This document shows, piece after piece, positions 1 through 8,215 of a stretch of DNA of 60,560 nucleotides. A program made the translations under genes and the position numbers. Positions within the stretch are counted from its first letter, which is position 1. The number at the start of each line of letters is the position of its first letter. Under the pieces are notes generated by a model. That model saw only the letters and a list, made by a program, of their open reading frames with translations. It was not told where the DNA came from and did no database searches. Origin of the DNA: Gaiellaceae bacterium (lineage in GTDB: Bacteria > Actinomycetota > Thermoleophilia > Gaiellales > Gaiellaceae); the NCBI GenBank assembly GCA_035718485.1, contig DASTHC010000131.1, positions 1 to 60,560 of the forward strand. Direction: 5' to 3'.

Positions 1-161
1 ACCTCACGCAGCTGCAAGAGCTGCTCGAGAAGCACGTGCGCGAGACCGACTCACGCCGCGGCACCGAGATCCTCGAGACCTGGACGCGATCGGCTCTAGC
101 GTTCCGGCTGATCGCGCCGCAGGGAGCGGGGGAGGCTGTGCGGGCAGCCTCCCCCGCGTAG
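1..161 (+). CDS. gltB: glutamate synthase (GOGAT) large subunit, C-terminal fragment; the 5' part lies outside the window
   Basis: The frame from nt 3 reads LTQLQELLEKHVRETDSRRGTEILETWTRSALAFRLIAPQGAGEAVRAASPA, with stop TAG at 159-161. It resembles the conserved C-terminal tail of GltB (H..etgS....iL..W......F.kv.P). It is absent from the ORF track because no start codon lies in the window. Confidence 0.5.
   Translation, partial: LTQLQELLEKHVRETDSRRGTEILETWTRSALAFRLIAPQGAGEAVRAASPA
128..155. terminator. perfect 11-bp hairpin between convergent gltB and amt; putative bidirectional terminator
   Basis: GGGGGAGGCTG-tgcggg-CAGCCTCCCCC. It overlaps the last codons of gltB and ends 10 nt before the amt stop at 165. 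There is no clear U-tract. Confidence 0.45.
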
Positions 162-164
162 CGC

Positions 165-1565
165 TTACGACTCCAGCGCCGGCCGCGTCACCGGGACGGT
201 CTCCGCGCTCCGCTGCGCGTGCGCGAGCCCGAGATGGCCGTGCGCCTCGGTCCCGTAGCCGCCAGGGACCGGGATGTAGAACTCGGGGTAGCCCCACATG
301 CCGTGCTCCGAGACGTCGAGACCGGCCGTCTCGACCTCGGGCTCGACGCGGATCCCGAACGTCGCCTTCATCACCCAGAGCGACGCGAACGACGCCGCGA
401 ACGTGAAGACACCGACGGCGAGCAAGCCGACCGCCTGCACGCCGAGCTGGTGGAAGCTCCCCGTGTACCAGAGGCCGCCGGTCCCGGTCGCGAGGTTGTC
501 CGCGAGCGCCGGCACGGCGAAGATCCCGGTCGCGAGCGTGCCCCAGACGCCGGCGAGCCCGTGCACCGAGACGGCGCCGATCGGGTCGTCGATCCGGATC
601 CGCTCGACCGCCAGCACGCCGAGCACCGCGATCGTCCCCGCGACCGCGCCGATCACGATCGCTGCCCACGGCGCGACGAACCCGGCCGCCGCGGTGATCG
701 CGACGAGCGCGGCGATCACGCCGTTCAGCATCATCGAGAGGTCGGGCTTCTTGATCACGATCCACGACGTGATCACGGCTCCCAGCGCGCCGGCGGCTGC
801 GGCGACGTTCGTCGTCAGCGCGACGTACGCGAAGTAGCCGATCTTGTCGCCGGTGATCACACCGAGCGTGGAGCCCGGGTTGAAGCCGAACCAACCGAAC
901 CAGAGGATGATCACGCCGAGCGTGACGAACGCCATGTTGTGCCCCGGGATGGCGTTCGGCTTCCCGTCGGCGCCGAACTTCCCGATCCGCGGCCCGAGCA
1001 GGAGCGCGCCGGCGAGTGCCGCGAGCGCGCCCTGGTAGTGCACGACCGTCGAGCCCGCGAAGTCCTGCATCCCGCGCGAGAAGAGCCAGCCGTCGGGGTG
1101 CCAGATCCAGTGCGAGACGACCGAGTAGATGAGCGTGAAGACGACCCCGAACGCGAAGTAGACCCACAGCTTCGTCCGCTCGGCCATCGCGCCCCAGACG
1201 ATCGCGAGCGACACCGCGGCGAAGACGACCTCGAAGAGGTAGCCCGCACCGGCGGGGATCGTCGAGAACCAGCTGAACGGCGAGACGCCGATCGCGAGCA
1301 GCTCGTCGACCGACGGGGCGAAGCCGGAACCGCCGACGATCCCGTTGCCGCCGTCGCCGAACGCGAGCCCGTAGCCGACGAGGTAGTAGATGATCGACGC
1401 GATCCCGAGCACGAGCACGTTCTTCGCGGCGACGTGGCCGACGTTCTTCATCCGCGTCAGCCCCGCCTCGAGGAAGGCGAAGCCGGCCTGCATGAACATC
1501 ACGAGGATCGCCGCGACGACGACCCAGATCGTGCTCGCGGCGATCGCGAGCTCCTTGTTGCTCAT
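165..1565 (-). CDS. amt: ammonium transporter (Amt/MEP family)
   Basis: Track ORF 165..1988 trimmed to ATG 1565 (MSNKELAIAAST...), preceded by a GGAGGAGG SD. Multi-TM protein with Amt motifs FMQAGFAFLEAG, WFGWFGFNPGS and VHGLAGVWG. ATGA start/stop overlap with upstream glnB. Confidence 0.93.
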   Translation of the reverse strand: MSNKELAIAASTIWVVVAAILVMFMQAGFAFLEAGLTRMKNVGHVAAKNVLVLGIASIIYYLVGYGLAFGDGGNGIVGGSGFAPSVDELLAIGVSPFSWFSTIPAGAGYLFEVVFAAVSLAIVWGAMAERTKLWVYFAFGVVFTLIYSVVSHWIWHPDGWLFSRGMQDFAGSTVVHYQGALAALAGALLLGPRIGKFGADGKPNAIPGHNMAFVTLGVIILWFGWFGFNPGSTLGVITGDKIGYFAYVALTTNVAAAAGALGAVITSWIVIKKPDLSMMLNGVIAALVAITAAAGFVAPWAAIVIGAVAGTIAVLGVLAVERIRIDDPIGAVSVHGLAGVWGTLATGIFAVPALADNLATGTGGLWYTGSFHQLGVQAVGLLAVGVFTFAASFASLWVMKATFGIRVEPEVETAGLDVSEHGMWGYPEFYIPVPGGYGTEAHGHLGLAHAQRSAETVPVTRPALES

Positions 1566-1915
1566 CCGACCCTCACCTCCTCCAGGCTCGTTCCGGTTCG
1601 GTTGTGCATGACGTTGGCGATCGGGGTCGTCCAGACGAGGCCGTCGCCCGACTCGTTGCCGCTGCGCGCGGAGTCGACGATTGCGCCGACGACCGCCTCG
1701 GCGATCTCGTCCGGGACGACGAACGTCAGGACGGCCTTGGGGAGGAACCGCGACTCGAAGACGCGGCCCCGGTACTCGTGCGTGATCCCGCGCTCGCGGC
1801 CGTGCCCGATCGCCTCGACGACCGTCACGCCCACGTGGCCGGTTTCCTCCTCGACCGCGTCGATCACCGTCTCGACGCGCTCGCGGATGACGACTGCTTC
1901 GACCTTGACCATCAT
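1562..1915 (-). CDS. glnB: nitrogen regulatory protein P-II
   Basis: 117 aa, [17 protein letters not shown]... The T-loop GHGRERGITHEYRGRVF carries the conserved Tyr. ATGA overlaps at both ends (1912-1915 with the GNAT stop, 1562-1565 with the amt start). Confidence 0.88.
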   Translation of the reverse strand: MMVKVEAVVIRERVETVIDAVEEETGHVGVTVVEAIGHGRERGITHEYRGRVFESRFLPKAVLTFVVPDEIAEAVVGAIVDSARSGNESGDGLVWTTPIANVMHNRTGTSLEEVRVG

Positions 1916-2418
1916 GCGATCTCCTTGCTTCGGCGTTCCAGGAAGACGACGTCCCGCCAGGCGCCGTCGAGCTGTCCGATCCGCTCACGCACGCCGACCA
2001 CGCGGAAGCCGCACGCGACGTGGAGCCTCAGGCTGGCGAGGTTCTCGGGGAAGACGCCGGCCTGGACGGTCCAGATCCCGGCGGCCTCGGCCTGCGCGAC
2101 CAGGGTCGAGAGGAGCGCATGTCCGACGCCCTGACCGCGGTGTCCGCGGCGGATGTAGACGCTGTCCTCCACGACCCCGCGGTAGCACTGCCTGGTCGAG
2201 ACACGTGAGAGCGCCGCCCAGCCCACGACTTCGTCATCGACACGTCCGACGAGGCGGTGGTGGCCCATGTGCGCACATGCCCACTCATCCCACGAAGGGA
2301 CGGTGGTCTCGAAGGTCGCGTTCCGCGTGGCGATGCCCTCCGCGAGGATCGCGCTCACCGCGGGCCAGTCGCCCGCGGTGAGTACGTCGACCTGCAGTGC
2401 ATTGGCCGTAGCGATCAC
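1912..2418 (-). CDS. GNAT N-acetyltransferase, phosphinothricin / methionine-sulfoximine acetyltransferase (PAT/MddA)-like
   Basis: C-terminal 168 codons of track ORF 1912..4029, from GTG 2418. Family-like motifs: [68 protein letters not shown]. The GTG overlaps the glnA TGA (GTGA). Confidence 0.8.
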   Translation of the reverse strand: MIATANALQVDVLTAGDWPAVSAILAEGIATRNATFETTVPSWDEWACAHMGHHRLVGRVDDEVVGWAALSRVSTRQCYRGVVEDSVYIRRGHRGQGVGHALLSTLVAQAEAAGIWTVQAGVFPENLASLRLHVACGFRVVGVRERIGQLDGAWRDVVFLERRSKEIA

Positions 2419-3854
2419 GCGTCGTAGTAGAGGGAGAACTCGGCCGGGTGCGGGCGGAGACGCACCACGTCGACCTCGTTCTCGCGCTTGTAGTCGATCC
2501 AGGTCCGGATCAGCTCCTCGCTGAAGACGCCGCCCTCGGTCAGGAAGGCGTGGTCGCGCTCGAGCGCGTCGAGCGCCTCGGCGAGCGAGCCGGGCACCTG
2601 CGCGACGCCGCGGTCCTCCTCGAAGAGGTCGTAGTCCGCGGGCTCGCCGGCGTCGAGGCCCTTGGCGATGCCGTCGAGGCCCGCCATCAGCATCGCCGCG
2701 AACGCAAGGTACGGGTTCGCCGCCGCGTCGGGGCAGCGGAACTCGAGGCGCTTCGCCTTCGGCGAGTCCGAGTACATCGGGATGCGGATGCACGCGGAGC
2801 GGTTGCGCTGCGAGTAGACGAGGTTCACCGGCGCCTCGTAGCCCGGGACGAGCCGTCGGTACGAGTTCGTCGTCGGCGCGCAGAACGCGAGCAGCGCCGG
2901 GGCGTGCGCGAGGAGCCCGCCGATGTACGCGCGGGCGAGCTGCGAGAGGCCTGCGTAGCCCGACTTGTCGGCCATCAACGGCGTCCCTTCCTTCCAGAGG
3001 GACTGATGCGTGTGCATCCCCGAGCCGTTGTCGCCGAAGATCGGCTTCGGCATGAACGTCACCGTCTTGCCGGCCGCGCGTGCGACGTTCTTGACGACGT
3101 ACTTGTACGTCATCACCTGGTCGGCCATCTTCGTGAGCGAGTCGAAGCGGAGGTCGATCTCGCACTGGCCCGCCGACGCGACCTCGTGGTGGTGGAACTC
3201 GCACCTGATGCCGAGGCGCTCGAGCATCAGCACCATCCGCGTGCGGAGGTCGCTCAGCGTGTCGTGCGGCGCCGGCGGGAAGTACCCCTCCTTCTCGCGG
3301 ATCGTGTTGCCGAGCCCCGGCTTGCCGGAGTTCCAGTACCCCTCCGCGGAGTCGACCGCGTAGTGGGAGGTGTGCGGGGCGAGCTCGTACGAGACCTCGT
3401 CGAAGACGAAGAACTCGCACTCCGGGCCGAAGTACGCGCTGTCCGCGACGCCCGTCGAGCGGAGGTAGTCCTCGGCGCGCTTCGCGACGAGCCGCGGGTC
3501 CCTGTCGTACGCCTCGCCGGTGAGCGGGTCGCGGATCTCGCAGAGGAGCGAGAGCGTCGGCGTCTCGGTGAACGGGTCGAGGATCGCGCTCGTCGGGTCC
3601 GGCATGAGGAGCATGTCGGACTCGCTGATCCCCTGCCAGCCGCGGATCGAGGAGCCGTCGAACCCGAGGCCCTCGTCGAACGCCGATTCGTCGAACGACG
3701 TCACCGGCAGCGTCATGTGCTGCCAGCGGCCGAACAGGTCGCAGAACTTCAGGTCGACCATCTTGGCGCGCGTCTCGCTCGCCCACTCGAGCGCCTCCCG
3801 GGCGCCGGGCACCGTGCCGTTTGCCAGGTAGTGCTTCGTCTCGATCTCCGACAT
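2415..3854 (-). CDS. glnA: glutamine synthetase type I (GSI-beta-like, 479 aa)
   Basis: Track ORF 2415..3917 trimmed to ATG 3854 ([10 protein letters not shown]...), with a GGAGGGAG SD 5 nt upstream. GS motifs: [60 protein letters not shown]. Confidence 0.95.
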   Translation of the reverse strand: MSEIETKHYLANGTVPGAREALEWASETRAKMVDLKFCDLFGRWQHMTLPVTSFDESAFDEGLGFDGSSIRGWQGISESDMLLMPDPTSAILDPFTETPTLSLLCEIRDPLTGEAYDRDPRLVAKRAEDYLRSTGVADSAYFGPECEFFVFDEVSYELAPHTSHYAVDSAEGYWNSGKPGLGNTIREKEGYFPPAPHDTLSDLRTRMVLMLERLGIRCEFHHHEVASAGQCEIDLRFDSLTKMADQVMTYKYVVKNVARAAGKTVTFMPKPIFGDNGSGMHTHQSLWKEGTPLMADKSGYAGLSQLARAYIGGLLAHAPALLAFCAPTTNSYRRLVPGYEAPVNLVYSQRNRSACIRIPMYSDSPKAKRLEFRCPDAAANPYLAFAAMLMAGLDGIAKGLDAGEPADYDLFEEDRGVAQVPGSLAEALDALERDHAFLTEGGVFSEELIRTWIDYKRENEVDVVRLRPHPAEFSLYYDA

Positions 3855-3879
3855 CTCGCTCCCTCCGCGTTGGACCACG

Positions 3880-3912
3880 AAAAAAGCCCCAGGACTCCGA
3901 GAGTCCTGAGGC
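3880..3912 (-). terminator. intrinsic terminator-like hairpin plus U6 tract inside the glnA 5' leader (candidate attenuator)
   Basis: Minus-strand RNA reads GCCUCAGGACUC-UCG-GAGUCCUGGGGC followed by UUUUUU. The 12-bp stem includes one U-G wobble pair that is a C/A mismatch in the opposite-strand transcript. The U-tract ends 13 nt before the SD at 3860-3867. Confidence 0.7.
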
Positions 3913-3923
3913 TCCATTGCCTC
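3908..3923 (-). promoter_or_regulatory. hexaloop hairpin competing with the glnA leader terminator (candidate antiterminator element)
   Basis: Minus strand reads GAGGC-AAUGGA-GCCUC. The 3' arm GCCUC is also the first 5 nt of the terminator 5' arm, so the two folds are mutually exclusive. Confidence 0.45.
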
Positions 3924-4030
3924 GGCCGGCGCCTACGGCGGCGCGCGACCTGGTTCGCACCTTAGCGCAGTCGAAGGACGGCGTCGATCGAACTAGACGA
4001 TCGGCCGTGTGGTCGCGCACCGGCCGCACG

Positions 4031-4193
4031 GGACGTGCCCCGAAGCGTTGGGTCCGGGGTCAGACCCTGGACGGCGCACTGGCGGACACGTCCTCTCGGC
4101 GAGCCCGCTCGGCACGCGGCCAGGGCACGCGGACCCGTCCCGAGGCGCCACGACCAGGGTCTGACCCCGGACCATGCCCCTTCGGGCGTGTCC
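4031..4193. repeat. 163-bp inverted-repeat element (perfect 20-bp arms, imperfect extension) in the protease-glnA intergenic region
   Basis: GGTCCGGGGTCAGACCCTGG at 4051-4070 and its exact reverse complement at 4154-4173, 83 nt apart. The flanks GGACGTGCCCCGAAG (4031-) and the reverse complement of 4179-4193 (GGACACGCCCGAAGG) extend the symmetry imperfectly. Confidence 0.6.
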
Positions 4194-4216
4194 GAGCGTC
4201 CGAACGGCCCTGTCCG

Positions 4217-5005
4217 TCAGCCGCAGTGGCGCAGCTTCGCGCAGGCCCGGGCGATCGGGATCGCGAAGTTGACGTTCTGGCCGCCGCCCGCGACGAGCAC
4301 CCCGACGACGCGCCCGCGCCGGTCGAGCGCAGGCCCGCCGGAGTTCCCCGGGTTTGCCGCGGCATCGGTCTGGATCAGCCGCTTCGTCACGCGGCTGACG
4401 ACACCGGAGGTGACCGATCCCTCCAGCCCGAACGGGCTGCCGACGAGCAGCAGCTCATCGCCCGGCCGCGGCGGCTTCGTCGTCGCCTCCTGCCAGAGCG
4501 GCTCGATCCCCTTCGGGCGGCCGTTCATGCGGATGAGCGCGAGGTCGTGCTTCGGGTCGACGCCGGCGATCTCGCCCTGCCAACCCGAGCCCTTGCGCTT
4601 CAGCGTGACGTTGCTCGTCAGCGTTCCCTCGACAACGTGGTTCGCGGTGAGGACGTACGTCGAGTCCTCGTCCATCCACGCGACGAAGCCGGTGCCGATC
4701 CGCCCGCTTGCCTCGACGGTGAAGACGCTCTTCAGGACGCGCGCAGCGAGCGGCGCGATGCCCGACTCCTTCCGCTTGAGCCGCTGCTCGGCGGTCCCGA
4801 GCCGGTTGACGACGTTCTCGTTGTCGGCGGAGAGCGCGTCGACCTGTCGCTCCATCACGGCGAGGTCGGACTGGAGCGCGGCACGATCCGACGCGAGCAG
4901 CAGGAACGCGGCGCCGGAGATCGCGACGGCGAGGAGCGACAGCGCGAGCGTGGCGATCTGCAGTCGCCGTCCGCCCGTGCTCGTCTCGTCGAAGCTCTCG
5001 AACAT
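4217..5005 (-). CDS. membrane-anchored trypsin-like serine protease (S1C/HtrA-like, no PDZ)
   Basis: 262 aa. N-terminal TM (IATLALSLLAVAISGAAFLLLA) plus a coiled-coil-like stretch. Catalytic triad contexts TANHVV, HDLALI and GNSGGPA. AAGAGGG SD before ATG 5005. Confidence 0.85.
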   Translation of the reverse strand: MFESFDETSTGGRRLQIATLALSLLAVAISGAAFLLLASDRAALQSDLAVMERQVDALSADNENVVNRLGTAEQRLKRKESGIAPLAARVLKSVFTVEASGRIGTGFVAWMDEDSTYVLTANHVVEGTLTSNVTLKRKGSGWQGEIAGVDPKHDLALIRMNGRPKGIEPLWQEATTKPPRPGDELLLVGSPFGLEGSVTSGVVSRVTKRLIQTDAAANPGNSGGPALDRRGRVVGVLVAGGGQNVNFAIPIARACAKLRHCG

Positions 5006-5210
5006 CTGACCCTCTTTCGAAATCGGCCGAGCACGGCTCAGAGGTCTCCCCCGAAAGGGGGAGTTGGCGCGGAGCCATGGCTGCTGCTAGCCTCGAAGGT
5101 CTGATGTTGCTCCGACGCGGCTGAGCTCGTTCACCGGCGCCACGCGCTCCTCCTGAGAGCGCGGCTCACGCGCGCCTGTTCTCGCCCGTTCACGAAATCA
5201 AGGAGCAACG

Positions 5211-6065
5211 ATGTTGGACACAGCTCAGGAGATCACGATGGCGCCCGAAGTTTCGCGCGACGGCGTGGCCGCGGTCGACGTCGTCGATCTCCGTAAGGAC
5301 TTCATCCGACGCAAGAAGCGCGAAGGCCTCCGCCGCGCGCGGAAGCGCGTCGCTGCCCTCGACGGGGTGTCGTTCACGATGCCGAAGGGCGAGACGCTCG
5401 CGATCCTCGGGCAGAACGGCTCGGGGAAGTCGACGCTCGTCCGTCTGCTCTCGACGCTGCTGCTGAACGACGGCGGCCGGGCGGTCATCTTCGGCCACGA
5501 CGCGGAGCGCGAGCCGCGCGCGGTGCGGCGGCTCGTCAACCGCGTGTCGGTCGAGGCGAGCTTCTTCAAGAAGATGTCGGCTGTCGAGAACCTGAGCTAC
5601 GCGGCGCGGTTCTACGGGATGGCGCCGTCGCAGACGCGCGACCGGATCCCGGAGATCCTCCAGCGCGTCCGGTTCCCGAAGGACCGGCTCGGCGACTCGA
5701 TGGAGAACCTCTCGCGCGGGACGCAGCAGAAGGTCGCGCTCGCGCGAGCGCTCCTCACCTCGCCGGTGCTGCTGCTCCTCGACGAGCCGACGACGGGCCT
5801 CGACCCGCGCTCGAAGCTCGAGGTGCAGGAGTTCATCCGTGAGATCCGCACGTCGCACGACGCGACCGTCCTGCTCTGCACGCACGACCTCGCCGAGGCC
5901 GAGACGCTCGCCGACCGGATCGGGATCCTCGACGCGGGCAAGCTGATCGCGCTCGCGCCGGCCGACGAGCTCAAGCAGCGGTACGAGAGCGAGACGCTCG
6001 AGGACGCGTTCTTCGCCGCGACCGGGAAGACGCTCGAGGACGGAGAGGAAGGAGACGACGAATGA
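5211..6065 (+). CDS. ABC transporter ATP-binding protein (ABC-2 / DrrA-like exporter)
   Basis: Walker A GQNGSGKST, signature LSRGTQQKVALARAL, Walker B LLLLDEPTTGLD. AAGGAG SD before ATG 5211; an alternative ATG at 5238 also has an SD. Confidence 0.9.
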   Translation: MLDTAQEITMAPEVSRDGVAAVDVVDLRKDFIRRKKREGLRRARKRVAALDGVSFTMPKGETLAILGQNGSGKSTLVRLLSTLLLNDGGRAVIFGHDAEREPRAVRRLVNRVSVEASFFKKMSAVENLSYAARFYGMAPSQTRDRIPEILQRVRFPKDRLGDSMENLSRGTQQKVALARALLTSPVLLLLDEPTTGLDPRSKLEVQEFIREIRTSHDATVLLCTHDLAEAETLADRIGILDAGKLIALAPADELKQRYESETLEDAFFAATGKTLEDGEEGDDE

Positions 6066-6895
6066 AGGGCGCAGCGGCAGTGATGCGGGCCGAGCTGATC
6101 GGGCTCGCAGGCGTCGTCGAGCGGAACGTCTACCTGACGAAGCGCTACTTCCTCTGGGACGTCGCGTTCTTCGTCTGGACCGTCGCGAACACGCTGACGA
6201 TCGTCTTCATCGCGAAGGGATTCGAGGCGACCGGTGCCGTGATCGACGTCAATCGCGCCACGACCTCGCTCCTGATCGGCGCGGTCATCTGGGCGTACCT
6301 GGGGATCATCTTCGAGTTCCTCACGGAGACGGTTGCGTGGGAGCGCTGGGAGGGCACGATCGAGTACACGTTCATGGCACCGCTCTCGCGGTCGATGCAC
6401 CTCGCCGGCCAGGGCGTGTTCGCGATCATCTACGGGCTCGCGCGCGCAGCGCTCCTCTTCGTCGTCGTCGCGATGTTCTTCGACCTGAGCCTCCCGGACG
6501 CGAACTTCCCGGCCGCGCTCCTCGTCGTGACCGTCGCCTCGGTCTCGTTCATCGGGATCGGGATGATGACCTCGGTGATGCCGCTCATCTCTCCGGAGAA
6601 GGGCATGCAGCTCGGGTTCATCGCGCAGGGGATCCTGCTCGTGGTGTCCGGCGTCTACTACCCGGTGTCGGTTCTCCCCGAGTGGATGCAGTGGCTTGCG
6701 AAGATCTCGCCGGCGACGTATGCGCTCGAGGGTGCGCGGGAGGCGATCATCGAGGGTGCCGGCATCAGCGCGATGTGGGACGAGATCTGGCCGCTCATCA
6801 TCATCGGGATCGTCTCGGTGCCGCTCGGGCTCTGGGTGTTCGCGCGCGGTGAGCGATACGCCAAGCACCACGGAAAGCTCAAGCGCTCAGGGTAG
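6062..6895 (+). CDS. ABC-2 type transporter permease
   Basis: 277 aa, about 6 TM helices. ATGA overlap with the ATPase gene stop. Confidence 0.85.
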   Translation: MKGAAAVMRAELIGLAGVVERNVYLTKRYFLWDVAFFVWTVANTLTIVFIAKGFEATGAVIDVNRATTSLLIGAVIWAYLGIIFEFLTETVAWERWEGTIEYTFMAPLSRSMHLAGQGVFAIIYGLARAALLFVVVAMFFDLSLPDANFPAALLVVTVASVSFIGIGMMTSVMPLISPEKGMQLGFIAQGILLVVSGVYYPVSVLPEWMQWLAKISPATYALEGAREAIIEGAGISAMWDEIWPLIIIGIVSVPLGLWVFARGERYAKHHGKLKRSG

Positions 6896-8147
6896 TCGTA
6901 GAGGGCTGAAGGTCCTGGCGCCGTTCCGCGTCAGGGACTTCGCCCTCTACTGGACCGCGCGGACCGTCTCGTTTCTCGGGGACGGCGTCATGTACGTCGC
7001 GCTTCCGTGGCAGGTCTACGAGCTCGTCAACTCACCGAAGGCGATGGGCGTCGTCGGCGCGCTCGAGACCGGCGCGATCCTCGCGTTCGTGCTCTTCGGA
7101 GGCGTCGCGTCGGACCGGTTCGAGCGAAAGCGCGTGATCATCGTCTCGGATCTCGTGCGCGCGCTCGCGGCCGGGGTCGTCGGCGTGCTGGCGATCTCGG
7201 GCGACCTCCAGCTCTGGCACGTCGCGGCGATGTCGGTCGTCTTCGGCCTGGGTCAGGCGTTCGCGGGACCGGCGTTCGGGTCGATCGTTCCCCAGCTGGT
7301 GCCCGACGACCTGCTCGTCCCGGCGAACTCGGCGCTCTTCACGGTGAACCCGCTCGCGATGCGGTTCATCGGGCCGGCGCTCGGAGGGTTCGTGATCGCC
7401 GCGTTCGGGACGGGCGCCGCATTTCTCGTCGACGCTGCGTCGTTCGCCGCCGGCGCGATCGCGATCGCCTTCGTTGCGGCTCGTCCGGCGGCGAGGCTGC
7501 TCGAGGAAGGCGACCAACGCACGGTGTTCGAGGACATCCGTGAGAGCATCCGGTACGTGCGCGCGCACGTGTGGCTCTGGGGCACGCTGCTCTGGGCGCT
7601 GCTCGTCCTCCCGCTCGCATGGGGCCCGTACGCGGTGCTCGTGCCCTACCTCGTCAAGAACGAGCTCGGCGGGGACGCGCAGGATCTCGGGCTCGTGTTC
7701 GCGGCGGGCGGGATCAGCTCGGTGCTGATGGCGCTCGTCGTCTCTCAGGTCGGCGTGCCGCGCCGGCACATCGCGTTCATGTACGCGATGTTCGGGCTCG
7801 GCGCCGTCGACCTCGCGATCTACGCGGCCACGCAGACACCCTGGCAGGCGATGCTCGTCGCGTTCGTGACCGAGTGCGGGTGGACGGGCGGGCTCGTCGT
7901 CTGGAACACGCTCGTGCAGAAGGCCGTTCCGTCCGAGCTGCTCGGGCGCGTGCGGAGCGTCGACTGGATCGCGTCGATCGGGCTCGTGCCGCTGTCGTTC
8001 GCGGTCGTCGGCCCGATCGCCGACGTGGTCGGGGTGCGACCGGTGATGGTCGCGTGCGGCGTCGGCGGCGTGCTGCTGAGCCTCGCGGCGTTCCTGCTGC
8101 CGGGCATGCGCGATACCGAAAGTCAAATCTCGCTCAGCGGACCGTGA
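6849..8147 (+). CDS. MFS transporter (12-TM, ENTS/MFS_3-like)
   Basis: The hydrophobic part of track ORF 6696..8147 begins [27 protein letters not shown]. The nearest upstream canonical start is GTG 6849, which overlaps the permease gene. The start is uncertain; CTG 6906 is an alternative. Confidence 0.8.
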   Translation: MSDTPSTTESSSAQGSRRGLKVLAPFRVRDFALYWTARTVSFLGDGVMYVALPWQVYELVNSPKAMGVVGALETGAILAFVLFGGVASDRFERKRVIIVSDLVRALAAGVVGVLAISGDLQLWHVAAMSVVFGLGQAFAGPAFGSIVPQLVPDDLLVPANSALFTVNPLAMRFIGPALGGFVIAAFGTGAAFLVDAASFAAGAIAIAFVAARPAARLLEEGDQRTVFEDIRESIRYVRAHVWLWGTLLWALLVLPLAWGPYAVLVPYLVKNELGGDAQDLGLVFAAGGISSVLMALVVSQVGVPRRHIAFMYAMFGLGAVDLAIYAATQTPWQAMLVAFVTECGWTGGLVVWNTLVQKAVPSELLGRVRSVDWIASIGLVPLSFAVVGPIADVVGVRPVMVACGVGGVLLSLAAFLLPGMRDTESQISLSGP

Positions 8148-8215
8148 CGTTCGTTTCTCCGCCGGTCGACCGGACGGGCGGAGTAGGTTCGGCCCGACAA
8201 GGGAAGGACGTGGGC

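Noticed and set aside
219-2381. 720-aa + strand ORF, plus other long ORFs overlapping amt, glnB and the GNAT gene (for example 4..1167 on the - strand)
   Set aside because: They lie antisense to, or out of frame with, genes that have strong family motifs (Amt, P-II, GNAT). Their composition is dominated by R, D, E, P and G, and there is no SD or sensible start context.
3855-3917. In-frame upstream ATG at 3917 that would extend glnA by 21 codons ([21 protein letters not shown])
   Set aside because: This ATG lies inside the hexaloop of the leader hairpin and has no SD. The extension would have to be translated through the terminator hairpin and U-tract. ATG 3854 has a strong GGAGGGAG SD and gives a normal GS N-terminus.
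3940-4021. tRNA-like T-loop strings (AGTTCGATCG in the glnA leader; GATCGAACC at 53845-53860)
   Set aside because: I could not build an acceptor stem, D-arm or anticodon arm around them, and the loop sizes are wrong. They are local palindromes (CGATCG) rather than tRNA genes.
3855-4216. Known glutamine (glnA RNA) riboswitch or T-box upstream of glnA
   Set aside because: I do not recognise the conserved three-stem/E-loop glutamine aptamer core or a T-box specifier/T-box sequence in either glnA leader. The attenuator is therefore reported as an unclassified element, and only a covariance-model search can settle the question.
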